A DNA stretch of 64,000 nt, from NCBI GenBank assembly GCA_964291625.2, contig OZ220090.1:160001-224000 (forward strand). Reading direction: 5' to 3'. Made by a program: the position numbers and the translations under genes. The notes beneath the pieces were generated by a model. The model saw only the letters and a list, made by a program, of their open reading frames with translations. It searched no databases and was not told the DNA's origin. How positions within the stretch are numbered: the stretch's first letter is position 1; every line of letters starts with the position of its first letter. The DNA comes from Candidatus Latescibacterota bacterium (GTDB lineage: Bacteria > Latescibacterota > UBA2968 > UBA8231). This document shows, piece after piece, positions 46,179-56,060 of the stretch.

Positions 46179-47419
46179 GCGCCCGCCGGGGGGGGCGCAG
46201 GCCGCGGCCGCGGCCGCAACCGCTGTGGCTGTCCGTCGAGGTGGGGCAGTTCGCCGCCCAGGCCCTCGAGCGCGCCCGCCCCGGCCTGCGGGGCCGGGCC
46301 TTCGTCGTTCTCCGGCAGAGCCGGGACAGCCACCGGGCGGCGGTGCAGGCGGTCTCCGCGCGGGCCCGTGATCTCGGAGTCGAGCCGGGTACGCTCCTCT
46401 TCGCCATGCGCCGCGCCCACCGGGGCCGGGTCGCCGTCATCGACCGGGACGAGTCCGCCGAGGTCACCGCCGCGGAGTCCGTGACGGCCGTTCTCGAACG
46501 GTGGACCCCGTCGTTCCGGGTGCGCCGCGGGTGGGCCCGGCTGTCGGCGATCCTCGACCTCGGCGGCACGCCCGCGGCCCGGGCCGGCGGCTGGCGCGCG
46601 GCGGGGGCCGAGCTCCAGAGTCAGCTCGCCGGCGCCAGCGGCCTGGGCGAGATCGCCGTCGGCGTCTCCACGGCCCGCCTGGTGGCGCGCGTCCTGGGGC
46701 GCGAGGCCCTGCCCGGCGGCGTCGTCCTGTGCGCACCGGGCGACGAGGACCGCGTCCTGGCGCGCACCGAGCTGGCCGCTCTGCCCGGCCTCGGCCCGGT
46801 CTGCCGCGAGCGGGCCGCCCGTTACGGCATCCACACGGTGGGCCAGGTGCTGCCCCTCGACCGGCGGGCCCTGCGGCGGCGCTTCGGCCGCCGGACGGGG
46901 GAGCGGCTCTACGGGGTGGTCCGCGGCCTGGAGGTCGAGGCGCGTCCGGGCGCGCCCGGGGCGGTCGAGGCCGAGACCGTGCTCCGCGAGGACGCCAACG
47001 ACGACAGCCTGCTGCGCGCGGCCGTGGCCCTCACCGTCGACCGCGCCTGCCACGAGCTGCGGCTGCGCGGCCTGGCCGCAAAGGCCCTGACCCTGCGCAT
47101 CGCCTACACCGACGACCGCCGGGCTCAGAAAACGACGCGGCTTCCCGCCGCCACCGACGAATTTCCGGTCCTGGGCGCCGCTGCCGAAGAGCTGTTCCGG
47201 CAGATCCACGTGCGCCGCGCCGCGGTCCGGACGATCGCGGCCGTGCCGTCGCGCACCAGTCCGGCCAGCGGCCAGCAGGACCTGTTCGACGGCGAGGCCG
47301 GCCGCCGGCGCCGGTGTCTGGGAGCGGCGATCACCGACATCCGGTCGCGCATGGGGTTCGGCGCCGTCGTCGGCGCCGACGCGCTGGAGGTGGCGGCCTC
47401 GGGCCAAGACTTTCCTTGA
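46175..47419 (+). CDS. Catalytically inactive Y-family polymerase homolog (ImuB/DinB-like)
   Basis: Y-family layout (VQAVSARARDLGV, LPGLG HhH, RFG, little finger LRIAYTD). The DxD and SxDE acids are absent. Beta-clamp motif QQDLF. GTG overlaps the dnaE2 stop. Confidence 0.8.
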   Translation: MSARRGGRRPRPRPQPLWLSVEVGQFAAQALERARPGLRGRAFVVLRQSRDSHRAAVQAVSARARDLGVEPGTLLFAMRRAHRGRVAVIDRDESAEVTAAESVTAVLERWTPSFRVRRGWARLSAILDLGGTPAARAGGWRAAGAELQSQLAGASGLGEIAVGVSTARLVARVLGREALPGGVVLCAPGDEDRVLARTELAALPGLGPVCRERAARYGIHTVGQVLPLDRRALRRRFGRRTGERLYGVVRGLEVEARPGAPGAVEAETVLREDANDDSLLRAAVALTVDRACHELRLRGLAAKALTLRIAYTDDRRAQKTTRLPAATDEFPVLGAAAEELFRQIHVRRAAVRTIAAVPSRTSPASGQQDLFDGEAGRRRRCLGAAITDIRSRMGFGAVVGADALEVAASGQDFP

Positions 47420-47462
47420 CGGAAGCTGATTCAACTTGGTAATTTGAAAGGCTTCGGCGCCT

Positions 47463-48749
47463 ATGGGCGTTGGCGCCCTGCGATCCGCCGCCGGGCGGTT
47501 TCCCCCCGCCTGCGGCCATCCCCTGGATATCGCGCCCCGGACCGACGTGGCACGACTCCCCCTCTCCAATTCCGGTACCCGCGTTCTTCGCTTCGCAGCG
47601 ATCGTCGCCATGCTGTGCCTCCCGGGCGCATACGGCGGCTCCACGGCTCCGGCCGACACCGAGACACTGGCACCCGGCGTCTGGCACCACTCCATCGACC
47701 TGGTCGACGGCCCGTGGGCCATCCACGTCGTCGAGATCGACCTGCTGGAGGCGCGCAAGGCCGGCATCCGGCTGCGCACCGTGGGATCGCCGGCCGAGGG
47801 CCTCGGGCTGGTGAAGACGAGCGATCTCGCCGCCGACGCCCTGGCCGCCATCAACGGCGACTTCTTCCAGGCCGGCACCCCCGGCCGCGCCCTCGGGGTG
47901 CAGATCTCCGAAGGCGAGCTGATCGGCGAGCCCCGCTCGCGCTCCGCCTTCGCCCTGGCCGCCGACGGCCGCCCGCAGACGGCGGTCTTCGAGCTCGACG
48001 CCGGCCTCATCACCCGGTCGGGCCAGGTGCTGCCCCTCTCCCGTCTCAACCGGGCGCCGCGCTCCGACGCCGAGCTCACCCTCTACAACCGCCACGCCGC
48101 GAGCCGCGAGGACTCGGTGCGGGCGCCGGTGGGATTCTTCCTGCAGAGCCTCGACGGCACGACCTCCCTGGTCAACGACACGGCCGCGGTGCGGGTCGTG
48201 CAGATGCGCCGCCAGGCGTGGCCCCTGCTCCTGCAGCGGGGCCAGTGGCTGGTGGCCGGCGGCGCCGATTTCGCCCGCCAGGCGGCGATCAGCCCCGGGG
48301 ATACGGTCCATCTCTACTGCGCCCTGCCCCCCTCCAAGGGGAGCCTCGACGTGGCCATCGGCGGTGGACCGCGCATCATCCGGGACGGCCGCGTCTCCAT
48401 CGAGCACGAGCGCGAGCATCTGGGCGAGTCCTTTGCCAACGACCGGCATCCGCGCTCGGCCATCGGACTGTCCCGGGGCGGGCGCCACGTGTTCCTGGTC
48501 ACCGTCGACGGCCGGCAGCCCGGCCACAGCGTCGGCATGACCTTGCCCGAACTGGCCGAGTTGATGTCCGCCGACCTGGCCGGCTTCACGAAGAGCCGCC
48601 GCAACGCCTGGCAGGCGATCAACCTCGACGGAGGCGGATCGACGACCATGGTGGTGCGCGAGCACGTCGTGAACCGGCCGTCCGATCAGACCGGCGAACG
48701 GCCGGTGGCCAACGCGCTGGTGGTCATGCCGCCGGCGGCCGCCGGCTGA
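47463..48749 (+). CDS. Phosphodiester glycosidase (NAGPA/DUF2233) family exported protein
   Basis: AAINGDFF, HPRSAIG, VDGRQ, AINLDGGGST, ERPVANAL. True start probably downstream (about 47548-47610). Confidence 0.88.
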   Translation: MGVGALRSAAGRFPPACGHPLDIAPRTDVARLPLSNSGTRVLRFAAIVAMLCLPGAYGGSTAPADTETLAPGVWHHSIDLVDGPWAIHVVEIDLLEARKAGIRLRTVGSPAEGLGLVKTSDLAADALAAINGDFFQAGTPGRALGVQISEGELIGEPRSRSAFALAADGRPQTAVFELDAGLITRSGQVLPLSRLNRAPRSDAELTLYNRHAASREDSVRAPVGFFLQSLDGTTSLVNDTAAVRVVQMRRQAWPLLLQRGQWLVAGGADFARQAAISPGDTVHLYCALPPSKGSLDVAIGGGPRIIRDGRVSIEHEREHLGESFANDRHPRSAIGLSRGGRHVFLVTVDGRQPGHSVGMTLPELAELMSADLAGFTKSRRNAWQAINLDGGGSTTMVVREHVVNRPSDQTGERPVANALVVMPPAAAG

Positions 48750-48802
48750 CGGCTCTTCCCAACCGCCTTTCACAAAGGTTCCACCAGGAAACAGGAGGGA
48801 GT

Positions 48803-49873
48803 GTGCCCCGGTTCCGCGCCCAGGATCTCGAGCGACTCGGCCGCGACCTGTTCGCCACGGTCGGTGTGCCCCCTTCGGAGGCCGACCTGGTCTCCGGCCA
48901 CATGGTCGACTCCGGCCTGCTGGGCCACGACTCCCACTCGGTGCTGCGTTTCCCCCAGTACACGGAGATGGTCCGCAAGGGGCAGGTGAAGCCCGGGGCC
49001 GAGCTCGAGATCCTGCACGACCGGGGCGGCGTGGTGCAGGTCAGCGGCGGCTGGAACTTCGGCCCCGTCACCGCCACCCGCGCTGCCGAGCTGGCCATCG
49101 AGCGCGCCCGGTCCCACGCCATCGTGGCGGTGACCGTCAAGGACTGCAACCACGTGGCGCGGCTGGGGCGTTTCGTCGACCTCATCGCGCGCCAGGGGAA
49201 CCTGATCGGCGTGCTGTGCGCCAACGGCCACGGCTCCGACCTGGCCGTGGCCCCGTACGGGGGCCGCGAGCGGCGCCTGCCGACGAACCCCCTGGCCGTG
49301 GGCATCCCGACGCGCAGGAGCTGGCCCATCGTCCTCGACATGACGACGAGCATGACCTCCGGCGGCGCCCTGCGCGACTACCGCAACCGCGGCAGCGCCG
49401 TCCCCGAGGGCTGCATCATCGACGGGCACGGCCGGTTGACGACGGACGTGGAGGACTACTACGGAGAGCCGCCGGGGGCCATGCTTCCCCTGGGCTTTCC
49501 CACGGTGGGCCACAAGGGGTTCGGCCTCGCCCTGGTCGTCGACATCCTGGCGGGGGCCCTGTCGGGCGGCGGCTGCAGCCAGGCGGACCCGCCGCAGACG
49601 GGGAACGCCCTGTTCTTCACGGTCTACGACATCGCCGCCTTCCGCGGCCTGGACGGGTTCCTCGACGAGGTCGACGACTTCATCGACTGGCTCAAGTCCT
49701 GCCCGCCCATGGAGGGCTTCGCAGAGGTCATGCTCCCGGGCGAGAACTCGCACCGCATCCACGAGGCCAGACGGAGGGAGGGGATGGAGGTGGACGACAC
49801 CGCCTGGGGCCAGATCGCGGCCCTGGCCGGGGAGCTGGGGGTGAACCTCCCCGACCCCGTCGAGAGTTCCTGA
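48803..49873 (+). CDS. Ldh_2 family (malate/L-lactate/ureidoglycolate-type) dehydrogenase
   Basis: GHDSH, NHVARLG, TNPLAVG, LDMTTS, GHKGFGL, LPGE. AGGAGG RBS. Confidence 0.9.
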   Translation: MPRFRAQDLERLGRDLFATVGVPPSEADLVSGHMVDSGLLGHDSHSVLRFPQYTEMVRKGQVKPGAELEILHDRGGVVQVSGGWNFGPVTATRAAELAIERARSHAIVAVTVKDCNHVARLGRFVDLIARQGNLIGVLCANGHGSDLAVAPYGGRERRLPTNPLAVGIPTRRSWPIVLDMTTSMTSGGALRDYRNRGSAVPEGCIIDGHGRLTTDVEDYYGEPPGAMLPLGFPTVGHKGFGLALVVDILAGALSGGGCSQADPPQTGNALFFTVYDIAAFRGLDGFLDEVDDFIDWLKSCPPMEGFAEVMLPGENSHRIHEARRREGMEVDDTAWGQIAALAGELGVNLPDPVESS

Positions 49874-49902
49874 CCCGCGGTCCCGGCAAGAGGAGGAAGA
49901 GG

Positions 49903-50907
49903 ATGGGCAAGCAGCTTCGGATCGCCGTCGTGGGGATGGGCGGCATCGGCAACAACCACGCCAGGTGCTACCAGGCCAGCCCCCACGCCGAGGTGGTGGC
50001 CGTGTGCGATGTCAGCCGGGAGCGGGCCGACGCTGCGGCCACGGCCCACGGGGCGCAGGCCTTCTACAGCGTCCGCCGAATGCTCAACAGCGGCGTCGCC
50101 ATCGACGCCGCCAGCGTCGCCACGGCGGGCGTGGAGAACGGCGGCGACCACTACACCCCGACGATGCAGCTGTTGAAGGCGGGGATCCCGGTGCTGGGGG
50201 AGAAGCCGATCTCCAACGAGATCCCCAAGGCCCGCCGCCTGGTGCGGCTGGCCCGCGAGATGGGCCTGCCCTACGGCATCAACCTCAACCACCGGTTCAC
50301 GCCGGCGGCGGTGAAGGCCCGGGACTGGCTCGAGCAGGGCCGGCTGGGGGAGCTGCACATGGTCAACATGACGATGTGGATCAACAACCCCAACGAGTCC
50401 TCGCCGTGGTTCCACATCCGCGCCCTGCACCCCCATTCCCTCGACGTGATGCGCTACTTCGCCGGCGACCTGGAGCGGGTGCAGGCGTTCTTCAAGAAAG
50501 GGAAAGGCCGCCGGATCTGGTCCAACGTGCAGGCCAACCTGCTCTTCGCCAACGGCGTCATCGGCCATCTCACGGGATCGTACGACGCCGGCGGCAGCTA
50601 CGGTCTGGAGACCCTCGAGCTGGTCGGCTCCGAGGGCCGCGTGGTCATAAACGAGGCCTGCGAGCGGCTGACCTTCTACCCCCGGTTCTCGAAGGAGGTG
50701 GAGAGCTACGACCACCCCGGCGGGATGATGGGCTTCGGCGATACCTTCCCGTCGCGCATCGGCGCCTGGATCGACGATCTGCGCAAGGGCACGCCTCCGG
50801 ACCAGGTCGACGCCAAGGCCGAGGACGCCCTCAAGGTGCAGCTCGCCATCGAGAGCATCATCCAGAGCTGGCAGAAGGGGCGCGTCGTCAAGGTGCCGCA
50901 GCGGTGA
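49903..50907 (+). CDS. Gfo/Idh/MocA family oxidoreductase
   Basis: VVGMGGIG, VLGEKP, NHRFTP, HSLD. Confidence 0.9.
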   Translation: MGKQLRIAVVGMGGIGNNHARCYQASPHAEVVAVCDVSRERADAAATAHGAQAFYSVRRMLNSGVAIDAASVATAGVENGGDHYTPTMQLLKAGIPVLGEKPISNEIPKARRLVRLAREMGLPYGINLNHRFTPAAVKARDWLEQGRLGELHMVNMTMWINNPNESSPWFHIRALHPHSLDVMRYFAGDLERVQAFFKKGKGRRIWSNVQANLLFANGVIGHLTGSYDAGGSYGLETLELVGSEGRVVINEACERLTFYPRFSKEVESYDHPGGMMGFGDTFPSRIGAWIDDLRKGTPPDQVDAKAEDALKVQLAIESIIQSWQKGRVVKVPQR

Positions 50908-50923
50908 GCGGAGCCCCGCCAGC

Positions 50924-52664
50924 TCAGCCGGGGGCCAGCGGCCCCTTCGGCGTCTCGGCGTTGTAGAGACCGCCTCTGCGCTCGTAGTCGACACCGACGC
51001 ACCCGTCCTCCACCACCAGCCGCGGCACGTTGCCGTTGTGGTTGTCCCGGTCGGGGCCGCGCATGACGGCCAGCTGGGCGTCGGTCATCCCCTCCACAAG
51101 ATCACCCCAGCGCGCTGACGGGTGCACCATCTCTCCCCCGGAGCGGTTGAAGTTCCGGGAGGAGTACTTCACGAGGATCCCCCGGCGAGGGACCTCGCTC
51201 CGCCAGGCCAGGGTGCCGTGGGTCTGGGCGCCGTCCATGAACAGCAGCACGTCCCCTGCCCGGAAGGTCGGGTGGGCCACCAGTCCCATGTGGTCGTCGC
51301 AGGTGCGCACCCCGTCCGGCATGGGGTACTGCGCCTTGTGGCTGCCGGGCACGCAGGCGAAGCCGCCGTCCTCCTCGCCCAGGTCGCGCAGCTGCCAGGT
51401 GACGGTGACCGCCTCGCAGTAGCTGCGCCCGTTCCTGAAGACGTACGAGCGGCTGGGGTTCAGGGGCTCGTTGGCGTCGTGCAGGGCGTGGCCGGAGGTG
51501 CCCTTGACGGCGCAGAAGGCCGTGGGCTGGTCGCAGCGGAAGCCGCTGCCGCCCATCCAGGTGAGGCGGTGGACGACGGCGGGATGGGCGACCATGCGGC
51601 GGAAGGGGCCGCACCAGGGCTCCGGCAGCTGCAGCAGGCCGCCCAGGGTGGGACGGCCGGTGCCGGCCAGGGACCTGGAGCCGCGGGCCAGCTCCTGCCC
51701 GACGACGATGCGGTCCTCGAAGCGGTCGATCGCCTCGTTGGCCAGGGCCAGGTCGTCCGCGTCCATCACCTGGCGCAGGACGAGGTGGCCGCACAGGTCC
51801 CAGAAGAACAGCTCCTCGTGGTCGATGCCGCTGGCCGGATCGGGGGCGAGGAAGGACGGGTGCACCGGTTCCGGCGACTCCGAGACCGTGCTGCGGCCAC
51901 CGTCGGCGGCCAGGACCGGCGGCGGCGTGTCGGCGCGGCGGCCGGGCCGGTAGAGCACGGCCCGCTGCTCCGGGGTCAGCTCGTCGTGCCACTCCGGGCG
52001 GCCCGGCTCCCCGGCCTGCGGTCCGGTGCCGGTCTCGAGGCAGACGCCGCGGGCGGCAAAGCCGTAGTCGAGCAGGCGAAGGGGGCCGCGTCCCTTCCAC
52101 GGGCGCAGGCCGTGCATGACCGTGTCGGCCAAGCAGCAGCAGATCTCCGGCCCGCAGCCGGACCCCGCGCACCAGGCCCAGGTCGCGCTCGCCCTCCAGG
52201 AAGCCGGGGGGCGGAGGCACGTTGGTCTTGTGGCTGGCCTGCACGAAGACCAGGCCGCCGTCGCCCTCCTCGACGTCGGAGAGGGCCCAGACGGCGCGCA
52301 CCAGTTGGCACTGGCGGCGGTGGTTCTGGTGGTAGTAGGCCCGCGCCGGATGGCGGGGCTCGTCGCCGCCGTCGAGGGTGCCGTCGAGGGCGGCGCCGCC
52401 CGCCGGGTCGTCGGAGATCAGCCGCGGCAGCTGCTCCAGGCGGAAGCCGGTGCCGCAGATCTCGTTCAGGTAATCCACCAGGACCGGGTGCACGAGCAGG
52501 TCGCGGAAGGGCTCGCGCTCCTTCCCCGGCCAGCCGAGCATCCCTTCCGGCCGGCCGGCGCGATCGAGAGCGGCGTTGAGGGCCAGGACCTCACCCGGCT
52601 GCAGGGCCTCCCGCACGACCAGGTAGCCGCCCACGTCGAAGCAGTAACTCTCCTCGCTGGTCAT
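50924..52664 (-). CDS. Tandem two-domain phytanoyl-CoA dioxygenase (PhyH)-family protein, apparent frameshift near 52130
   Basis: Two repeats of FD..GYLV.R...F+..PGSHK...GDxLL...HG. The first half (ORF 51102..53018 frame) switches to the 50924 frame at GDLLLL/ADTVMHG. Confidence 0.8.
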
Positions 52665-53512
52665 CGGGTCGCCGCCATCGCTCGGGTGATCACATCGATG
52701 GCCGTCCTCGCGTCGCCCACGCGGTTGTCGCCCCACTCGCGCTCCACGTGCAGGTCGCCGGCGTAGCCGCCTTCGGCCAGGATGCCCATGAAGGCGGTCC
52801 AGTCCACCCGGCCCTCGCCGACGACGGCCTCGGCGCCCCACTCTCCCGGCGTCGTGGTGCCGACGGCGTCCTTGATGTGGATCGAGCGGACCCTGGGCAG
52901 GAGCCTGCGCAGCGCCTCCAGGGGGTCGCCCTTGTCGTAGAGGATCATGTTGGCGGGGTCGAAGTTGACGCCCACGTTGGTCACGCCTCGAGCCTCCAGG
53001 TGGTCGAAGAAGGCCCACAGGTCGTCGGCCGTCTCCTGGCCCGTCTCGAAGAGCAGGTCGATGCCCTGGTCGGCGAAGATCCCGGCCACGACCTCGATGC
53101 GGTCGGCGAGCTTGCGGAACCCGGCGCTCTCCATGTCGTGGGGCAGGAAGCCGGCGTGGAACATCACCATGGGCAGGCCGAGTTGGCGGGCCCTGGCCGC
53201 GGCCCTGCGGGCCACCTGCTGGTTCGCCTCCCAGTGCTCGTCGGGGACGATGCCCCCCGTGCGCTGGATCGTCTCCAGCGTCGTGTAGTCCTCGCCCACG
53301 GTGCCGAACATGCCCGAGACCACGCGGGCGCCGATGCGGGCCAGGGCCTCGGGGACGCCGTCGACGAGGCCGGCGTCGTCGCGGTGGGGGACCAGGCCGA
53401 GCTGCAGCTTGTCCACGCCCAGCTCCTCCATGATGGCGGCCATGTGGCCGGCGTCGCGGGGGAGCATCGACCAGCTGCAGAGGCCGATCTGCTCCGGGGT
53501 CTGCGGTCTCAT
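52661..53512 (-). CDS. Sugar phosphate isomerase/epimerase (xylose isomerase-like TIM barrel)
   Basis: FETGQE, NFDPANM, IHIKD, GEGRVDW, VERE. Confidence 0.88.
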   Translation of the reverse strand: MRPQTPEQIGLCSWSMLPRDAGHMAAIMEELGVDKLQLGLVPHRDDAGLVDGVPEALARIGARVVSGMFGTVGEDYTTLETIQRTGGIVPDEHWEANQQVARRAAARARQLGLPMVMFHAGFLPHDMESAGFRKLADRIEVVAGIFADQGIDLLFETGQETADDLWAFFDHLEARGVTNVGVNFDPANMILYDKGDPLEALRRLLPRVRSIHIKDAVGTTTPGEWGAEAVVGEGRVDWTAFMGILAEGGYAGDLHVEREWGDNRVGDARTAIDVITRAMAATR

Positions 53513-54276
53513 GGCTGCCTCGTCGGTTGTGGTTCCAGCTGTCCGGAGAGGATGTCGTCGACGATGCCGCAGAGGCTGTCGACGATCGCCGCGAGCATGC
53601 GCTCGCCCTTCTCGGCGCTGGCCGCCGTGGGGTCTCCGAAGTGGCCCCGGGGGCTGACCTCCTCGAGCATGTGGAAGCGCTGCACCCGGCTCTCGTGGGC
53701 CGAGGCGGCCCTGACGCCGCCGCGGGCCGGACGGGCGGGGCGCACCAGGTCCGGATGAAGGTGCAGCATCAGCGAGGTCTCGGTCTCGCCGGCGTGACCG
53801 GAGCCGTCGGGTCCGGCGGTGCGTACCTCGTCGAGCCCGGGCTGCGCCACCTCCCACCAGGAGGCGCCGTAGACGCGGGCCTCCAGGTGGCGCTCGCGCA
53901 GGTCCTGCAGGGCGACCCGCATGTCGGCCTGGTTGCCGCCGTGGCCGTTGAGGATCAGGACCTTGTCGAAGCCGGCCCTCACCAGGCCGTCCACCGTCTC
54001 CACGATCATGCTCACGTGGGTCCCGGAGGTGGCCGTCAGGCTGCCGCCGAAGTGGATGTGGTGGAAGGAGTAGCCCAGCCACTGGGTGGGCAGGACGACG
54101 ATGCGGTCGCCGGCGCGCTCCTCCATGGCGGCGGTGATGCCTTCGCACTCCAGGGTGTCGGTGAGCAGGGGCAGGTGGTCGCCGTGCTGCTCGAAGGATG
54201 CGATGGGGTAGACGGCGACGAAGCGCTCGCGGTCGAGGTCGCCGATCTCGGGCCAGGTCATCTCGCCAAGCTTCAT
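53509..54276 (-). CDS. Creatininase-family amidohydrolase
   Basis: EQHGDHLPLLTD, NGHGGN, HAGETETS, GDPTAASAEKG. Confidence 0.92.
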   Translation of the reverse strand: MKLGEMTWPEIGDLDRERFVAVYPIASFEQHGDHLPLLTDTLECEGITAAMEERAGDRIVVLPTQWLGYSFHHIHFGGSLTATSGTHVSMIVETVDGLVRAGFDKVLILNGHGGNQADMRVALQDLRERHLEARVYGASWWEVAQPGLDEVRTAGPDGSGHAGETETSLMLHLHPDLVRPARPARGGVRAASAHESRVQRFHMLEEVSPRGHFGDPTAASAEKGERMLAAIVDSLCGIVDDILSGQLEPQPTRQP

Positions 54277-54425
54277 CTTCCTCGTCCTTCGGCTGAGTCG
54301 TGATGGAGGGGCGGCAAGGATATGGAATCAAGGATTGCGGAGCACGCCGCGGCCCGGCCGGGTTGACGGCACGTCGATGGCGGCTAGACTCGCTCGCTTC
54401 CTCACGACGAGCAGGGAGGCGGACG

Positions 54426-56060
54426 ATGACGGACCACGCGCAGTTGGATCCCCGGCCGGGGCCGGATGGCGAGATCGCGGTGGAGGCCTGGGTGCGGACC
54501 TCGGCCGACCGGACCGAGGCGATGCAGCCCCTGGTCTCGCAGTGGAGGCCCGCGGAGACCCCCGTGTTCTCGGCGTACGACGCGACCCACACCGGCGGCC
54601 TCCTGTGCGCCGGCCACTACGGGGCCGTCTTCGACGGCCGCCACGTCTACTACTGTCCGATCCGCCCCTTCCGGCGCCGCGACAGCGTTCACGGCCACGT
54701 GCTCCGCTGCGACACCCACGCCGACTTCCACGATCCGGCGGCCTGGGAGGCCTTCGACGCGGGAAACACGGACGGCCTGACGACCGTGAGCTACTACGGG
54801 GCCTCCTTCGACGGGCGCCACGTGATCTTCACCCCGCGCGAGGATCTGCAGGGCTACCACAGCCGCGTCCTGCGCTTCGAGGTGGGCCGCCCCTTCGGCG
54901 AGCCCGCCTCGTGGAGCGCCCACGACGCCGGCCTGCCCGTCTCGGGGCAGGGGGCGGCCACCGACGGCCGCTACGTCTACTTCCCGCCGGGGTACGAGAG
55001 CGTCCCCGGCCGGCCCTTCGACGAGAGCGTGCTCAGCGGCCGGGTGCTGCGCATGGACACGCAGGGCGGCTTCCGCGATCCCGGGAGCTACCAGGTCTTC
55101 GACACCTCCCGCCTGTCGCCGGAGGCGGTCTGCTTCGACGGCGGCGCCTTCGACGGGCGCTACATCTACCTCGTTCCCCTCATCCACGGAGTCGTCGCCC
55201 GCCACGACACCCGGGGCCCCTTCGACGACCCCGCCTCCTGGGAGGTCCACGACGCCCGCCCCCACGGCCTGGGGATGAACGTGGGCGCCGTCTTCGACGG
55301 CCGCTGGCTCTACTTCTGCGCCTACGGCCACAGCCGCATGGTGCGCTACGACACGACCCGTCCCTTCGCCGACGCCGACGCCTGGGAGAGCCGGGATGCC
55401 GGCGGCACCGACGGCCTCGACACGGGCGGCTTCGACGGCGGCTTCTTCGACGGCCGCTACGTCTACTACTGCCCCTGGACGCGGCAGGCCGCCGCCGGCG
55501 AGATCCCCTTCCACTGCAACTTCCTGCGCTACGACACGACCCGTCCCTTCGCCGAGGCCGGCAGCTGGTCGGCGTACGACGCGTCGCGCACGGACGGCCT
55601 CCATACCCTCGGCTACAACGCCGGCGCCTTCGACGGCCGCTACTTCTACGGAGCCCCGCTCTTCGACGGGCGGGGGGAGGCCTACCACGGCCGGGTGCTG
55701 CGCTGCGACACCCTCGGCGGCGGCGGCGCCTTCAGCCTGCGCTACGGGGACTACGGGCACAACGGCGGACTGTGCGCCGCCGTCCCGGGGCCGAGCTTCC
55801 TGATCAACACCGAGAAAGGCGTGCGCAGTGTCGCCGCGTACCGCAGGCTGGAGCCGGGGGAGCACCACCTCGCCGGGGTCTACGACGGCCGCAGCCTGAG
55901 CCTGTATGTCGACGGCGAGCTGGCCGCCCGGCGCCCGGCCACGGGCCGGCTGGTCGAGTGCGACGCCGAGGTGACCGTGGGGGAGCTGAGCGGCGGCTCG
56001 GCCCGTTTCGAGGGCACGGTGGAACGGGCGCGCATCACCCCGGCGGCGGTGGCCCCGTGA
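54426..56060 (+). CDS. FDGRY-repeat beta-propeller protein with LamG/ConA-like domain
   Basis: Seven G(A/G)xFDGR(Y/H/W) repeats. LamG-like AVEAWVR at the N-terminus and HHLAGVYDG..LYVDG..FEGTVERARI at the C-terminus. Confidence 0.8.
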   Translation: MTDHAQLDPRPGPDGEIAVEAWVRTSADRTEAMQPLVSQWRPAETPVFSAYDATHTGGLLCAGHYGAVFDGRHVYYCPIRPFRRRDSVHGHVLRCDTHADFHDPAAWEAFDAGNTDGLTTVSYYGASFDGRHVIFTPREDLQGYHSRVLRFEVGRPFGEPASWSAHDAGLPVSGQGAATDGRYVYFPPGYESVPGRPFDESVLSGRVLRMDTQGGFRDPGSYQVFDTSRLSPEAVCFDGGAFDGRYIYLVPLIHGVVARHDTRGPFDDPASWEVHDARPHGLGMNVGAVFDGRWLYFCAYGHSRMVRYDTTRPFADADAWESRDAGGTDGLDTGGFDGGFFDGRYVYYCPWTRQAAAGEIPFHCNFLRYDTTRPFAEAGSWSAYDASRTDGLHTLGYNAGAFDGRYFYGAPLFDGRGEAYHGRVLRCDTLGGGGAFSLRYGDYGHNGGLCAAVPGPSFLINTEKGVRSVAAYRRLEPGEHHLAGVYDGRSLSLYVDGELAARRPATGRLVECDAEVTVGELSGGSARFEGTVERARITPAAVAP

